The notes beneath the pieces were generated by a model. That model was given only the letters and a program-made list of their open reading frames with translations. It was not told where the DNA came from and searched no databases. From assembly GCA_039096225.1 (NCBI GenBank), contig JBBPEB010000007.1, positions 1,116,001 to 1,180,000 on the forward strand: a stretch of 64,000 nt of DNA, in the 5' to 3' direction. Below, piece by piece: positions 1 through 20,387 of this stretch (position 1 is the first letter of the stretch; each line of letters opens with the position of its first letter). This DNA comes from Blastocystis sp. Blastoise. Its lineage: Eukaryota > Protista > Bigyra: Opalinata. Made by a program: the position numbers and the translations under genes.

Positions 1-1274
1 TACATATCGTTACATAATTGTTTCTGTTCGTTATGATCATCTATAGGTACAGATGAATCTGGTGATATAGTATATCCAGGAAGACTAAGTGGCTGAGAAA
101 GTGATCCAGGAACGACTTTAGTAAAAGAAGAAGAAGAAGAAGAAGAAGACGATTGATTATTCATAGATATATTTGTATTTTGAGCAGAAGACGTTGGCAT
201 CGAAGAATTTGAATTTATTGTAATTCTGTTTGAATCATTATTATTATCATATTTATAATTGTCACTGCTATTATTATCTGAATAATTATTTGTATTCATA
301 TTCGAATTATTATTAACTGTTTTAACAGAAGGAATACCTAAAAGATATATATTATAAAATATATAATCAAATAAAACAAAATTAATTATAAAATTAATTA
401 TAAAATAAATAATTAAATAATCAAATAAATAATCAAATAAATAATCAAATAAATAATCAAATAAATAATCAAATAAATAATCAAATAAATTATTAAAAGA
501 AACTACATATATACCTGTAAATGTATTCTTTATAAAACAATCTAATCGTGTAAATATTTCTTTATCTGATGATTTATCTGAAGAATAAATACTTATTTTA
601 GGACTATATTTATTAAATAGACCTAAAGGAATATGACAAGGAGTTAATTGAATAATTGGGTGATTATAATCAAATAAAACAGTTGAATATTTTGAATCAC
701 CAATAGAAACTTGTATTTGATTTAAATAATCTTCTCCTTTGTATAAATACTATAAAATAGATATTCAAGAATATATTATTGTCATATATACTTCAATCAG
801 CAAAACTTGTAAATCTCGTAACTCAAATGTATTTTTAAAAATTCGCGTACCACAAGATGTTCCTTGAAAGAAAAATTCATATCGTCTAATAGCCACAGGA
901 ACACGAATAATGCAACTTGGAATCATGGTTCTCATCGGAGAAAGAAGAGACAAGTATTCACTCATCGATAAAAGGGGTGATCGTCGACATGCGTCAAAGA
1001 AATCCTCAATTCTATTCTATATTTTATTTACTAGTCAGTATAGAATGATAGAATACATACATAATTCATATCTCCATTTAAAAAGCATGTGTAAAGAATA
1101 GCTTTTCCTTTATCTTCATCAATAATCTAAATAAATAAAAAAATATATAATGACTACTTTCATTAGTGATTCTTAATAAGTTACCTTAGTGTTCAAGTCT
1201 TGAATGGAGATTGTGTATGAATTTTGCATATATGGATTATCTATTCCATAAACTTTAATATTCTCATTTGACAT
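1..1274 (-). CDS. Hypothetical multi-exon protein, 5' part (runs off the left edge of the window)
   Basis: ATG at 1274. Five exons join in frame across GT-AG introns (MSNENIKVYG...IIDEDKGK...NRIEDFFDACRR...YLYKGED...GIPSVK), followed by an N/S-rich tract. No family recognised. Confidence 0.7.
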
Positions 1275-1773
1275 ATTGTATTAATTTTATATAAGATCAA
1301 ATAATAAAAAAATAGGATTAACTATAAAAAATAAACAACAAAAAAAGAGTAAAATGTACTAGAAATTCTGAAAGTAACTCTTTGATTTCTTGTATAACCA
1401 CGGTAAAAGAAAACAGATTTTAAAAAACTGAATGTTTGTCAAGTTTGGCTTTGACAGGGTTTTTTAACAATATTATTGCTTACATTTTTGATAAACATAG
1501 TAATAAACATTTTTGAGTTTTAATATTTTATTTTGAGTTTTAATATTTTATTTTTCACGTCGATACTTTACAATCAAGTATATATATAACACATAAAAAA
1601 ACAAAAAAATGTAAGAAAAAGCAAAACTAAGAAAAAGAAACTAAAAGTGTGAATTGAAATATTTTTAAAAAAGACGAATGAAAGATGACGTTTACAAAGA
1701 AGAGAGGAAACAAGTCAGACTTGGACCATAACATATATATAAAAAGAAAGTTTACAAAAAAATAAATTATTTA

Positions 1774-1815
<42 letters not shown>

Positions 1816-2147
1816 CATATTTCTACGTTAATATATATATAGAAACTGATGATATGAATATAAATAACAACAAATTAAGTTAAAATAGAGAACTAATAAG
1901 ATTATCAAATATACTTTTAAAAAACTGTATTCTAAAAGTGTTTAATATATATATATAAGAGAGATAAATAAGTTAAAGAATAGAGATAACAGACACATTA
2001 TAAATAGAATTTAATAAAGAGAAATACAGTATAAATAGACTATAAAACAATAGTAAGTTATATTATATATATAGAAATAGATAGATCATAATATATATAT
2101 ATATAGAATCATATATAACAAGAGTGTTATATATATAAATAAATAGT

Positions 2148-5100
2148 TTAGAAGAAGGAGTCAATACAGACAATGACAATCATAGCAATAAGAAGACAGA
2201 AAACAATAGCTACTACAGGAGTCACAATACTATACATAGCACGCTTTTCATCCTTGGGAATCTGACCAGGTAATAATCGCTTCTCGTATACTATATATAT
2301 AGATAATAATAATAATAAATATAATAATAATAAATTATTCATAAATAATTTATACATGAATATATATAATTATAACCATAATCATAATAATAATAATATA
2401 TAAATTTATTAAGTTCAAGATCATATTGTTTATGTTTTTCTTGAGAAGCAAGTTTACGATTATCATAATCAGCTTTAAGTTTTTTGAGTTCTTCATCTTC
2501 AGCATCACTATCATCATCATAAATAATAGTTTGGGATTTCTTATTCATAGGAGGAGATTCTATTTCATCAGCAATAGGAATAAGAACTTCATCTTCTTTA
2601 TGTTCAGATTCAATAACCACGGGAATAGACTCAGGATTAATAGCAGGTATTTCTTCAACTTTTTCTTTTTCTTCTTCAACAGGAGTAGATATAATAGCAG
2701 CTTCAGCAACAACAGGAGAAATAGAAGAGTCTTCAATAGCAATATTTTCTTGAGTAGGTTCTTCTACAATAATATTTTCTTGAGTTGGTTCTTCTACAGC
2801 AACAACTTCAGGTTCAGGAAGTACAGTATCAGTAATAGCATTCTCTTGAACAGGTTCTTCAACAATAACATTTTCTTGAGTATGTTCTTCAATAATAACA
2901 TTTTCTTGAGCATGTTCTTCAACAGTAGCAACTTCAGGTTCAGGTAATTCTGTATCTAAAATAACAGGTTTTTCTTGAGAATCTACTTGAATACTAGTAT
3001 TAGTACTAGTACTAGTACTAATAGGTTGATCTTGAGATATAGGAGCAGTAGTAGTAGTATCAGCAAGAATAGCTTCATCTTGAATTAATTTATCAGTAAA
3101 TGTATTTTCATCATCATCTAATATGATTTCATCATTATTTGTCATATCTAATGCATAACTAGTAGGAGCATTATCATTAGAAATATCAGTAGATTCTGAT
3201 TGTTCAATAGGAACAGAATTCATAGTTAATACACTCATATCTGTTGATTCATCAACTGTTTCTTTAGCTTCAACACTATTAACAGAATCAATAACAGGTT
3301 CAGTACTAATATTCTCATCAATAGTAATATCTTCATCATTCACTCTAGTTTCTTCTTCTTGGATTTCAGGTTCAGACTGATTATTATTCGCTATAGCAGT
3401 AGCTACAGCAACACCAGCGACAGCAACACCAGCGACAGCAGCAGTAGCGACAGCAGCAGTAGCGACAGCAGCAGTAGCAACAGCAGCAGTAGCTTCTCTC
3501 TTACGTTGTTCTTCTAATATACTATCTCGTTCAGCATCACTTGTTTCAATAGATTCACGATCTAAATTATTCTTATCTTCTATAATAATATCACTACTTA
3601 TCTTTGAAGAATCATTAGGTAAAATATCATCTTCAGATAATTCAATTTCATCTTCATTCTTATCTTCTATAACAATTTCTGATATTTGTTCTTGAGGAAT
3701 ATCATCATCTTGATTCTTTTGTTTAGATATACTATCATAGAAAGGATAAGGTTTAAATTCAACAAATGGTATTTCTGAAGTATGTTGTTCGTAGGCTTTG
3801 ATTTCTTGAATTAATTGTTGAGAAGTATAATCACAACAATCTTTACGTACATAAAATAATATATATCCAAAACGACTACATACTTTATCAGCAGTAATAG
3901 AAGTAACACGACTATCATTATAATCTAACCATTTTTCTTCTCCTTCATTCATATCTTTACAATAAGCATTATAATGTCCAAAATTAGCATCACCATTATG
4001 ATTACTAACAGCAATTAAATCATAAGTACTATGATTATTATCATATTCATTCTTTACTTCAGGACTAATATAATCTAAAACATTTAAATCTTTTACAGGG
4101 AAATCTACAAAAGTATTAATCTTCTTCTTTCCTAAATCATTATTTAAAGTACTCTTTTGGAAAGGAGAAACATTAGTAGCGACATATTCAAATCTCTTTA
4201 AATGTAAAATTAATACAGGTGGTAATCTCCATAATTTACTAGTAGATTGAGCATATACTTTCTTATTACATTGTTTACAATCCCTATATATTATTATTAT
4301 ATTATACATTAAATATATTAATTTTAAAAATATATTAAAAAATAGATTTAAAAAATATATTAATAAACATAAAATATAATGAATAATAATAATAATAATA
4401 AAATATATATATACCAGATAGCTTCATCACTAATAAAGTTACTTTCTGTGAATACATCAAAGCAGTTCTTAATATTAATAGCCATGCCTTCTCCATCCTT
4501 AGCACTCTTTTGTTTCAAGTAGTCTTCAGCTACAGTACTATTCTTGTTTTCATTAAATATACTGACTTCTAAGTCATTCGCCTTCTGAAGACGAATACAT
4601 AAGTCATCAAGAATAGAGGAAAGATCTGTTTCACGCTTCACATTCTCAATTTCTTGCCATTTAGCAACACAAAGATGAATATCGTTATCATTTTTATCTT
4701 GGAATAAAGGAGTAATCACAGTAGTTTCCTCCCAAGAGATTTCACTATCTTCAGGAATAACATCAGCCATAATATCACAGAACTTCTTTATACTACTAAT
4801 ACCATTATTATATGTAGTACCAGGTAATAAATATACTGGAGGAACAGCTAAACCTATACAGATTTAGATATATAGTATCATTTATTTAATTAATAAGTAT
4901 AAGAAGAAGAAGAAGAATAAGTATAAGAATAATAATGATATATATATATATATACTTTCTTCTCCTTCATAATTACTTTCATCATTAGCATATAATACAA
5001 TATGTCCTAAGGCTACCATGAGCATATCTGCTAAGGACTCGACAGTCTCATTTTCACGACACATAATAAGGAGAGGGAGACCAATAGTTTCAGGAATAGA

Positions 5101-6665
5101 CATAGAACGATATCCCTTAGTATTCGCAAAGTAACTGTTAATAAGGAAAACAGGCTTGTTATATGAAGCATCTATCGCAGGAAGCTAAAGATATAGAATT
5201 ATATAAAAATATATAAATATATAAAATAAAAATATATAAATATATAAAAATATATATAATAATTATATAATTAAAGTATAATAATCTATATGAAACAATA
5301 TAAAATAGAATAATATATATACAGGATAAGCAAGTAAGCATCTATTTGTATCTCCATTACTACGTCCAGTATTAATATAAGAATATACTTTATTAATAGT
5401 TTTAACCTTATAATACTATATAAATATAATAACATTATATATATTCTTTTAAATTCTATATAAATAGATTAATATATATATATATATATACTTTAACATG
5501 TCCCTTGATATCTTTCTTCATTTCTAATAATATATATTGTTGATCTTTAGTATTTCTCGATTCATTTAATTTATAAATTAATTTAGAAATCGTTTCATCT
5601 TTTTCAACTTGAAGAGTCACGGGTTGACACTTTAAATAGAAATCCTCATCATTCATTAAAGTACTATGTAATACGACATTCACTGTCACTTCTATTTTCT
5701 CTTGAACGAGAGGAAGATGAAGGAAATCAAAAGGCTCAAACTTAGTTACAGTCTATATAGAGAGAAAGAATCGAATTAGTTTTATTATTATTATTATATG
5801 AGCATAAAATATATATTATATATAGATATTTATAAAAATAACAATTTTATATAGTATTCTAATTATATATATTATTAAACGAAATAATATAAAATATTAT
5901 TATATAAACCTATATATATATATACATGGCCACATTCAACACAAGTGATATTTGTACATAATTGACCATATAATAAATTACTAATAAAACTAGTGTTTTT
6001 GTCTAAGAAAGCTTTCCAGGATTCATCAGCAAATGAACTATCGATACTATCATAAACAATATCTTGAACAGGAGTAGATGACTCACCATTCTCAGAAGTA
6101 TTCTTCTTTAATTCTTCATCAATAGCCTCTAAGATAAAATGCTATATATATATATATATAAATAGTTCCCATTTTATAATGCATTAATATTATTATCATA
6201 CATATTATAAAACTAAATAAACTAGTATAGATTCTAAAGATAATATATACAAGAGCTTCATGGCCATCATGTTGATCACCATCAGTTAATTGAGGAGCTA
6301 TTTTTTCAAGAGCTTCAATAATAGTTTTAGGATTTAAATTAGCTTCATTACCACTCCAAAGTGTAGATAAAGTTTGACCTAAAGCTTGAATCATTTCATA
6401 TTGATTATTTGATTCAGCACTCTATATATATAAATAATAAATGTGTTATATTAATTTAAATGACAAAAGGAAAATAAAGAAAAGAAGAAGAATTCCTTAA
6501 AAGTAAACGTACAAGTTTATCTTTTTCATAGCCTACAAAATTGTGAGCAAATTCTGGGATATGTGATAAGCATTGAAGAGAAGCAGAAAGGAAACAAGTA
6601 TTTCCTGTATTTTGAATACCAGAACGTCCTCTCTTAATATCTCTTTGTTCAAGTGGTTCAGACAT
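2148..6665 (-). CDS. Ubiquitin-specific protease (peptidase C19) with acidic repeat stalk and C-terminal transmembrane anchor
   Basis: Cys box GIQNTGNTCFLSASLQCL, QHDGHEALHFILEAIDEEL, LPPVLILHLKRF, His box HNGDANFGHYNAY and YNDSRV. Exons join in frame across GT-AG introns. The last exon (2148-2290) encodes a hydrophobic helix; the donor of the last intron is ambiguous. Confidence 0.9.
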
Positions 6666-7539
6666 TACGTTTAAATGATCTGGTTAATTAAAAAAACATT
6701 AAGTTTTACAAAGTCTTCAAAGAGGGAGATGGTCATACGAAAACAAATAATATTTACGGTTTTTCCCATATTCATACTGAATATTTGAATTGTTTCACAT
6801 TCTTCTATAAACGATATATTTCCTGCGAATATTTTGTTTTTCCAGAAATATTTCCACTTTAGTCATGTATTTTATAATGAACAACCAATCAGATCGATAT
6901 ATTCTGATTTTTATAGGAAAACAATTTTAAAAACCATACTAAAAATGTCCAGATTCTTTAAACTTTGTTTTCAAATGAAGAGCTTAGTTTGCTTTTGTTC
7001 TATAATTCTTATTGATATTATGAATTTACTGTGTCTATTTGCTAATTAGCTGCATTTTAAAGTTTATTTTTGTTTAAATCATTGATCACTCTACTTGTTA
7101 AAAGAATTCCTTTGCTTTTATTTCTATGACTTTACAAATAGTGACAGTAATCTAAGAACGAATTATATCACTCGCTACAATAACTCGCCGATGGGGAGAA
7201 AAACTATTTTATAAATATCTCTATGAAGAACTAACTTGAAACTTATCTAGATTTAGAACATTAATTTTCACATATAAAATAAATCATATATAGAAATATA
7301 GAAATTAACAGAAAAGATTGGATACAACAGTTTGTTTCAAAAGGAACCAAAATTCATAATAAAAAAATATTAACAATGAACTCCATTTATACTCTATAAA
7401 AGAATGGAAGGAAGAGAACTGTTTGTTGTCAAAAGGAATGAAGAATTTGTTTCTAGTTTTTATTTTGGAGAACTTGGATTTCTTCTTGGAAGAAGAAATC
7501 ATTATTTTTTTTTAATTTTGTTCATTATTGTTATTGAAA

Positions 7540-8749
7540 ATGCCTGAAAACGAGTTTGATGGTCTTGCTATTGAGTTTAAGAAGAAGAGAAAATGGAGAG
7601 AAGATTCCATAAAGAGTTATTTGAAGATCATCAAAGATAGAAATCTCATTAAGTCTACAGATGAAGTGATGGATTTTGGTTGTGGGGTTGGAACATTAGC
7701 ATTTATTTGTCATGAGATGATTGGCAATAATTCAATCTATGAAGTAGACTCCTCTGAGGAAATGATAAAGATTAATAAGCAACTTATTGAAGAAGCCGGA
7801 CTCACAAAAGAAATTCAAGCTGAATGTGTTTCTATTGATAGAGAAAATCTTTTAGGTTTCCATATCTATTATATGTATAACTTTGTTTTACTATTATTTC
7901 TCATTATATAAATTTTATTATGTTTTCTTTTATAGATCTTTTAGGAGGCAGAAAATTTGATGTTATTATATCTGTTTTAACATTTCATCATATCAAAGAA
8001 CCTCCGCAAATTCTTTCTATTCTAGTATTTTATACGAATAATTAGTCTATCATATATATATATATATATTTGTTTTTTTTTATATGTATATATTATATTC
8101 ATCTATAGAAAACTTATTTAAAACCTCATGGAAGAATTATCGTTATCGATATTGAATACACCGAAAACTCTCCCTTTTTCCGTTATGCACTAATACCACG
8201 AGAATCCGATGGATTCACAATAAATCAAATGGAAACCTTTTATAAAGAAGCAGGAATGATTCCTGAAGTTTTTGTTGTATTTATTTATTGTATTTTATTT
8301 TATTTATTTTATTGTTTATTTTATTTTATTTATTTATTTTATTTATTTTATTTTATTTATTTTATTTTTTTTATTTTATTTTATTTTATTTATTTTATTT
8401 TATTTATTTTATTTTATTTTATTTATTTTACTTATTTAGTTATATTTATTTAGTTATATATATATATATATTTATTTATAAATAAGTTATTATTCTTTAA
8501 ATATTATACTATATATTAATTATTAAATAACGTGCTTTATCTTTTATTCTTAGGAAGAAGTCTTATGTTCACGTTTCAATGCTCCTCAAGAAATCCGTGA
8601 TTGTATATATATATATTTTTTAACTTAAATAATACTATGATTACTATTTAGTAAATAAGACATTAGCTCCTAAAGATAGAGTTTTTGAAGATAAGTATTG
8701 GCAACACGAACCATTCAATTTTATTTTTGGTGTTGGTCGCAACGAATAA
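7540..8749 (+). CDS. Class I SAM-dependent methyltransferase
   Basis: Motif I VMDFGCGVG, EVDSSEEM, FDVIISVLTFHHI and LKPHGRIIVID. Five exons join in frame across GT-AG introns to TAA at 8747-8749. Confidence 0.85.
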
Positions 8750-8894
8750 ATACTCAAAAAAACATTTTTATTTAATTGACTACTCTAGTTATATTCTATG
8801 ATTATATTCTTTTATTCTTGTTTTGTTCAACTATTTCGATTAAACTTAAAATAAAGAAAAATATTATTAAAAATACAATTTACAAAAAAGAAAA

Positions 8895-8966
8895 CTCCGT
8901 GGCGGGGAATTGAACCCCGGTCATCCGCGTGACAGGCGGAGATACTAGCCACTATACTACCACGGA
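8895..8966 (-). tRNA. tRNA-Asp (GTC)
   Basis: TCCGTGG/CCACGGA acceptor stem, anticodon arm TCCGC-CTGTCAC-GCGGA, T-loop GGTTCAATTCC and a downstream T-run. Confidence 0.95.
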
Positions 8967-9050
8967 ACCTGAAAATTGGATATTTCTTATTCTTTTCAGA
9001 TAATGGAAAACATAACAAAAGAATGACGAATAGAAACAAAACTGTATGGA

Positions 9051-11977
<2,927 letters not shown>

Positions 11978-12019
11978 GGGAATATAAAGTCTTTTAAAAA
12001 TAATTTTTTGTATATCTCT

Positions 12020-15285
<3,266 letters not shown>

Positions 15286-15835
15286 TTATAAATATATAAG
15301 TCATAACAAATAATAAAATATTTTTTGTTTGCTTGAATAATAATATGGACAATTGAACATTTTAGTTTAGTTCATTGATAATTATATAGAGACATTGCGT
15401 AAAGTATGTTTCTATTCATGATAATGTTTTAATAGAAGCGTTTATATATTTATAATTATTGTATTTTTATAAACTATCAATTATTTCTTATGAACTAATT
15501 TGGAAACAAAAAACAAACCTTAATTCATTTTAATATTTATGTTATTTAGAATGAAAAAAGTATAAAATAATATATATATATATACAATATACAGATATAG
15601 AATAATAGAATAATGAAAAGAAAAAAGAAAAAGACAAATAAGAAATAAAGAATAATTAATAGATATAGAATAATCAATAGATATAGAATGGATTCAAAAT
15701 AATAGAAACATCAACATAAATACTTTAATAAAAGAAATCTATTCTTTTCAAAAAGAATATAGCTTAAATATATAAATATGTATATTATAGAAGAGTTTAT
15801 TTTTAAATATAAAGGCTATATGGAACATATATATA

Positions 15836-17117
15836 TTACTTTTCAAGATTTCTCAATTCAGCTTCTAATTCTTTCAGTTTTTGTTGTTTTCTTGATTCAA
15901 AATCATACATAATCAATTGTAAATGTTCAGTCAATTTCGTTTTTCTTTCCCCTAATTCTTGTACTAATTTATCTGCTTCTTTAAACTCTTTCTGTTTCTC
16001 TAAATATACCAAATTAGCAGAATTCAATTGACTATATAGAAATAGTAATATAATATATAGAATATATATAATATATAATATATATAATATATATAATATA
16101 AAATAATATAAAATAATATAAAATATATAATATATAATATAAAATAATATAAAATAATATAAAATAATATAAAATAATATAAAATAATATATAATATATA
16201 ATATAAAATATATTGAATATAGAATATATATAATATATAATATATAATATATAATATATAATATATAATATATAATATATAATATATAATATATAATATA
16301 TACCGATCGCAAGTATCAATCTTATCTCTTAATATTCCTATTTCTTTCGTAAGAGGAACATCAAGCGCATTTAACTCTCCATTTATCTTCTCAATTAATT
16401 CCTTCTGACGAATTAACTTCTTACCACGAGCTTCTAACTCTAATTTCATTGCATGCTGCTTCTTCTCAACCTATATATTTATATATATTTATTATTATTA
16501 TTTATATTACTATTTATATTATTATATTTATTATTATTCATATTATTATATTTACTATTATCATTTAAATAAGAATTATCAATAGAAACACTAACAATAA
16601 TTAAATAATAATAATAATAATAATAATATATTAACATACATCTGCCTTAACAACATTTGGATCAACAATAGAATCTAAAATATTTGGTTGCATCTATATA
16701 TATATAAATGATATAAATATTTAATTATAAAAATATATGATGAATTTTCAAATCTACATACAATTGGCTCTTTTGGTTTTTCAGGTGTTGTTTCTTTGAC
16801 TTCTACTGTAGTATTCACAGGATGATCTGGAATAGAATTGACAATTTCACCTAATTGACTAATCTTGTTAGCTTCTTCCTTTGATTCTTGTGCAGCAGCA
16901 GGGTTTACAGGTCCAGTATACTATTCATTTATAAATAAGCACTATGATTTAGAAAAATAAACAACTTACAACCATTGGTTTAAAAAAAGATTCATCGTTA
17001 GGTTGAACGGTGGTTGTCTATATATTTTGATAATAATGAGTCATATATAGATTATCATACACCATAAGCAAGTGCTAAATCATCCAATGTAATTGTTTTT
17101 TTGGCAGGAGCACTCAT
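15836..17117 (-). CDS. Coiled-coil protein, RAB6-interacting golgin (GORAB)-like
   Basis: Six exons join in frame. The C-terminal coiled coil (LDVPLTKEIGILRDKIDTCDRQL...KQKEFKEA...LTEHLQLIMYDFESRKQQKLKEL) resembles the GORAB family. Confidence 0.65.
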
Positions 17118-17380
17118 AACGAATCAATGATTAAAAAACAAAAATATTCAAATATCGATTAATGAAATGAAAACCAAAAATTATCATTACAAAATGAAAG
17201 TCCCAACGAATTTTGATAAAACTTCCTTTAAAAATTACAAATAATCACAAAACAATTTCTGAATAATAAAAACCAATAAAATTAGCTTTAAAGAGTTTTA
17301 TCGCTTTTTAATTCTTACCCATATATCCTTAAAAATACATAATACACATAAGTTCATCTTATTGAAAGAAATAAAGTAGA

Positions 17381-17808
17381 ATGTACTTTTGTCCTAATTG
17401 TGGTTGCTTACTTCTAGTTGAAAGTGATACTGGATCTTTAAGATTTTTTTGTAGTTGTTGCCCATATGTTGCTGAAGTTATGCAGCCAGTAAGTTCCATT
17501 TACATTTTATACTTATATATTGATTCATTCTAATACAATAATGAAATTATTTTTATGAAAGTAATGTATATTGTATAACTTTTTTAATATAGGTAAGTCA
17601 AAAAGTGAAATTACCTCATAAGGAAGTTGAAGATGTCCTTGGTGGTAGCGAAGCTTGGAAAGATTGTCCTCAAACAGAAATTACTTGTCCTTATTGTGAA
17701 AATAACAGAGCTTATTATATGCAAATTCAAATTCGTTCTGCTGATGAACCTATGACGTCTTTCTATAAATGTACAAAATGTGATAAAACATGGAATGATA
17801 ATAATTAA
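17381..17808 (+). CDS. POLR3K: RNA polymerase III subunit RPC11 (C11)
   Basis: MYFCPNCG zinc ribbon, KEVEDVLGG..AW, and CPYC...AYYMQIQIRSADEPMTSFYKCTKC. One GT-AG intron. Confidence 0.95.
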
Positions 17809-20387
17809 TATGAATGTTTTCTACTCCATATTTATTTGTTACTCTATTTTGTTATATATGTTTTTCATTCTATTATTTTCTGAAAATAAAAAGATTCTAG
17901 TATAGTTATTGATATATATATAATTATAAAAACAAAGTAAAAGCAAACTTTATAAAAGATGAAAATGAAAGAACACACAATATAAAATTAATCATAAATG
18001 CATGACAAAAAAACAAAAAAAATTATAGAATATGTTTATAAATTGAAATTAAAAAAAATATATGTATAGATAGAATGTATATAAAATAAAAAAAATCTTG
18101 GTATATAAATAGATATAGTAAGAAAATGATGATAAGAAATATATATATAAAGAATTGAAAACGTGATACAAAGAAAAAACAGAACATAACAAAAAGAAAA
18201 TATATATATATAATAGCAATTAAAGTCATATATATTTTTATATTAAGAATATATCATAATAAAGCATATATATAGTTGAATACATATATATATATTCAGC
18301 AAAGTTAAAATGAATAGTATATATAATGAAAAAATAGATAGATAACAAGAACATAAATTATATATAAAGCGCTTCTATATATATATATATATAGAAAAAA
18401 AAGGAATAGATTACAAAAAGGTTATTAATTTAAAAAATAGCTATAAACAAACATAAATATATATATATTATAATAACAGCAATTCTATATATATATATAT
18501 TATAAATGAAATAGTTAATAGGTATATTAATAAAGAAAGGAGGAGAATAATTATTTATATATAAAAGTACATATAGAAAAGACAAAATATAGAGAACATA
18601 ATATATATATATGTAATTGAAGTAATAAGACAAATACGACAAAAAGAAAAGCGAAGGAAAAAAGATATATATATATATATCAAAATGATTAGGACAAACA
18701 AACAAAAATGAGAAACACAAGAAATGATAATACATAAATATATATATAAATAAATAATAGAAAAAAAGTATAATTATATAAATATAATAAACATATACTG
18801 TTATTAAGAAGAGATACAAATATAAAATGTCAAATATATATATATATTTGAGCAAGAAAACTAAAACTAGTGAAGAAGAATATTTATAAATAAATAATGA
18901 TATATATATAGATATATATATATATATATATGTAAGATTAGCTTATCCATAGAAAGAAATATAGAATACATATAATGTATATATAAAATAAAGTATAAAA
19001 CTGAAAACTATCAAAATTATAGTGAATATGTATATTCTATATAATTATAATAGTATAGAAAAAACATATATATATAAATATATATATAAAGATATAAGAA
19101 AATATTCAGTAACAAATATAAAAAGAAGACACATATATATAATAGTTCGTAATATAGTATAATTCTATATATAAAGAAATATTTAAAGAAAAATAATAAT
19201 TATTGTATTATTTAATCGATCTATGTATTATATATATATATATATAGTTATACACATAATAAATAAATATCAACAAAAAGTATATTATTATTTTCTTTAT
19301 AATATATATAAGTGAAGTAAAAAAATATATATGATATCTTAATAGAATAAATATATATAAGTGAAAATAGAATTAATTTTTAAAAAGCGGATTTAAGACT
19401 ATATATATATATATAGAATAAAAAAGAGCAATATCTGCTTTAAAAAAATATAAATATTTTTTTATAAAACAAAATAAAAATAATATATAATACTAAAAAA
19501 ATAAATTTCAAATTTACATATATACAAAGAAAATAAAAAATAATAATGAATACAAATGACAATTATAATAACATAAATACAAAGAATAAGAAAAAAAGTA
19601 TATAGTTATAGTTATAGAATAATAACTGATACGTAATAATAATATATATTATTACAAAAATAAAAATAGTATCACAAAAAAAAAAACACAATATTTACAT
19701 GCGGTCACTTATTATATTATTTCTTTTCAAAATGAATTTAAAAAATAATATAATATTATATATATAAAATATATATATATAAAGAATAAAGAGAAGGAAT
19801 ACATATATTTTAAGATATTTATAAATATATTAATATATATATAGAATAAATATAATATGAATATATTTATATTCCTAGAAGTATTTACATTATTAAAAAA
19901 AGTAATAATAAAAGAATAATAAAAAAAACGGACAATTACATATATAAATAGATTAATAGAAGAATAACCCGAGTATTTATAAGGTCAAGAGAAAAGAGAT
20001 TGGATAAGTATTTACGGTATATATATATATATAAAATGACATTATAAAAACAAATACTCAAAGACAATAGATATAAAGAAAATAGATATATATATATATA
20101 GAAATAATGGTATTGACAAAATGAAAATAATATATATATATATATCTTTAATAGTGAAAAAAAATAGAATAAAAAGAAGAAGAAGAAGAAGAAGAAGAAG
20201 ATAGCATAAGAAATTAAAGTAATGTTAATAAAAACATTATATATATTCAGATTCTAAAAGAAAAACATTATTATTTATTTATTATATTTTTAGAATAGAT
20301 TACTTTTAAAAATATATTCCTTAAATATATAAATATATATAATAATGTATATAGAAAGCAGGATTGACTTAACAGATATGAAATAAA

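Noticed and set aside
8229-8485. Many ORF-track entries rich in I/Y/L/F (also 10898-11254, 16032-16319, 18023-18855, 31156-31389, 33062-33313, 61041-63342 on +)
   Set aside because: They are translations of intronic or UTR microsatellites, or antisense shadows of real exons.
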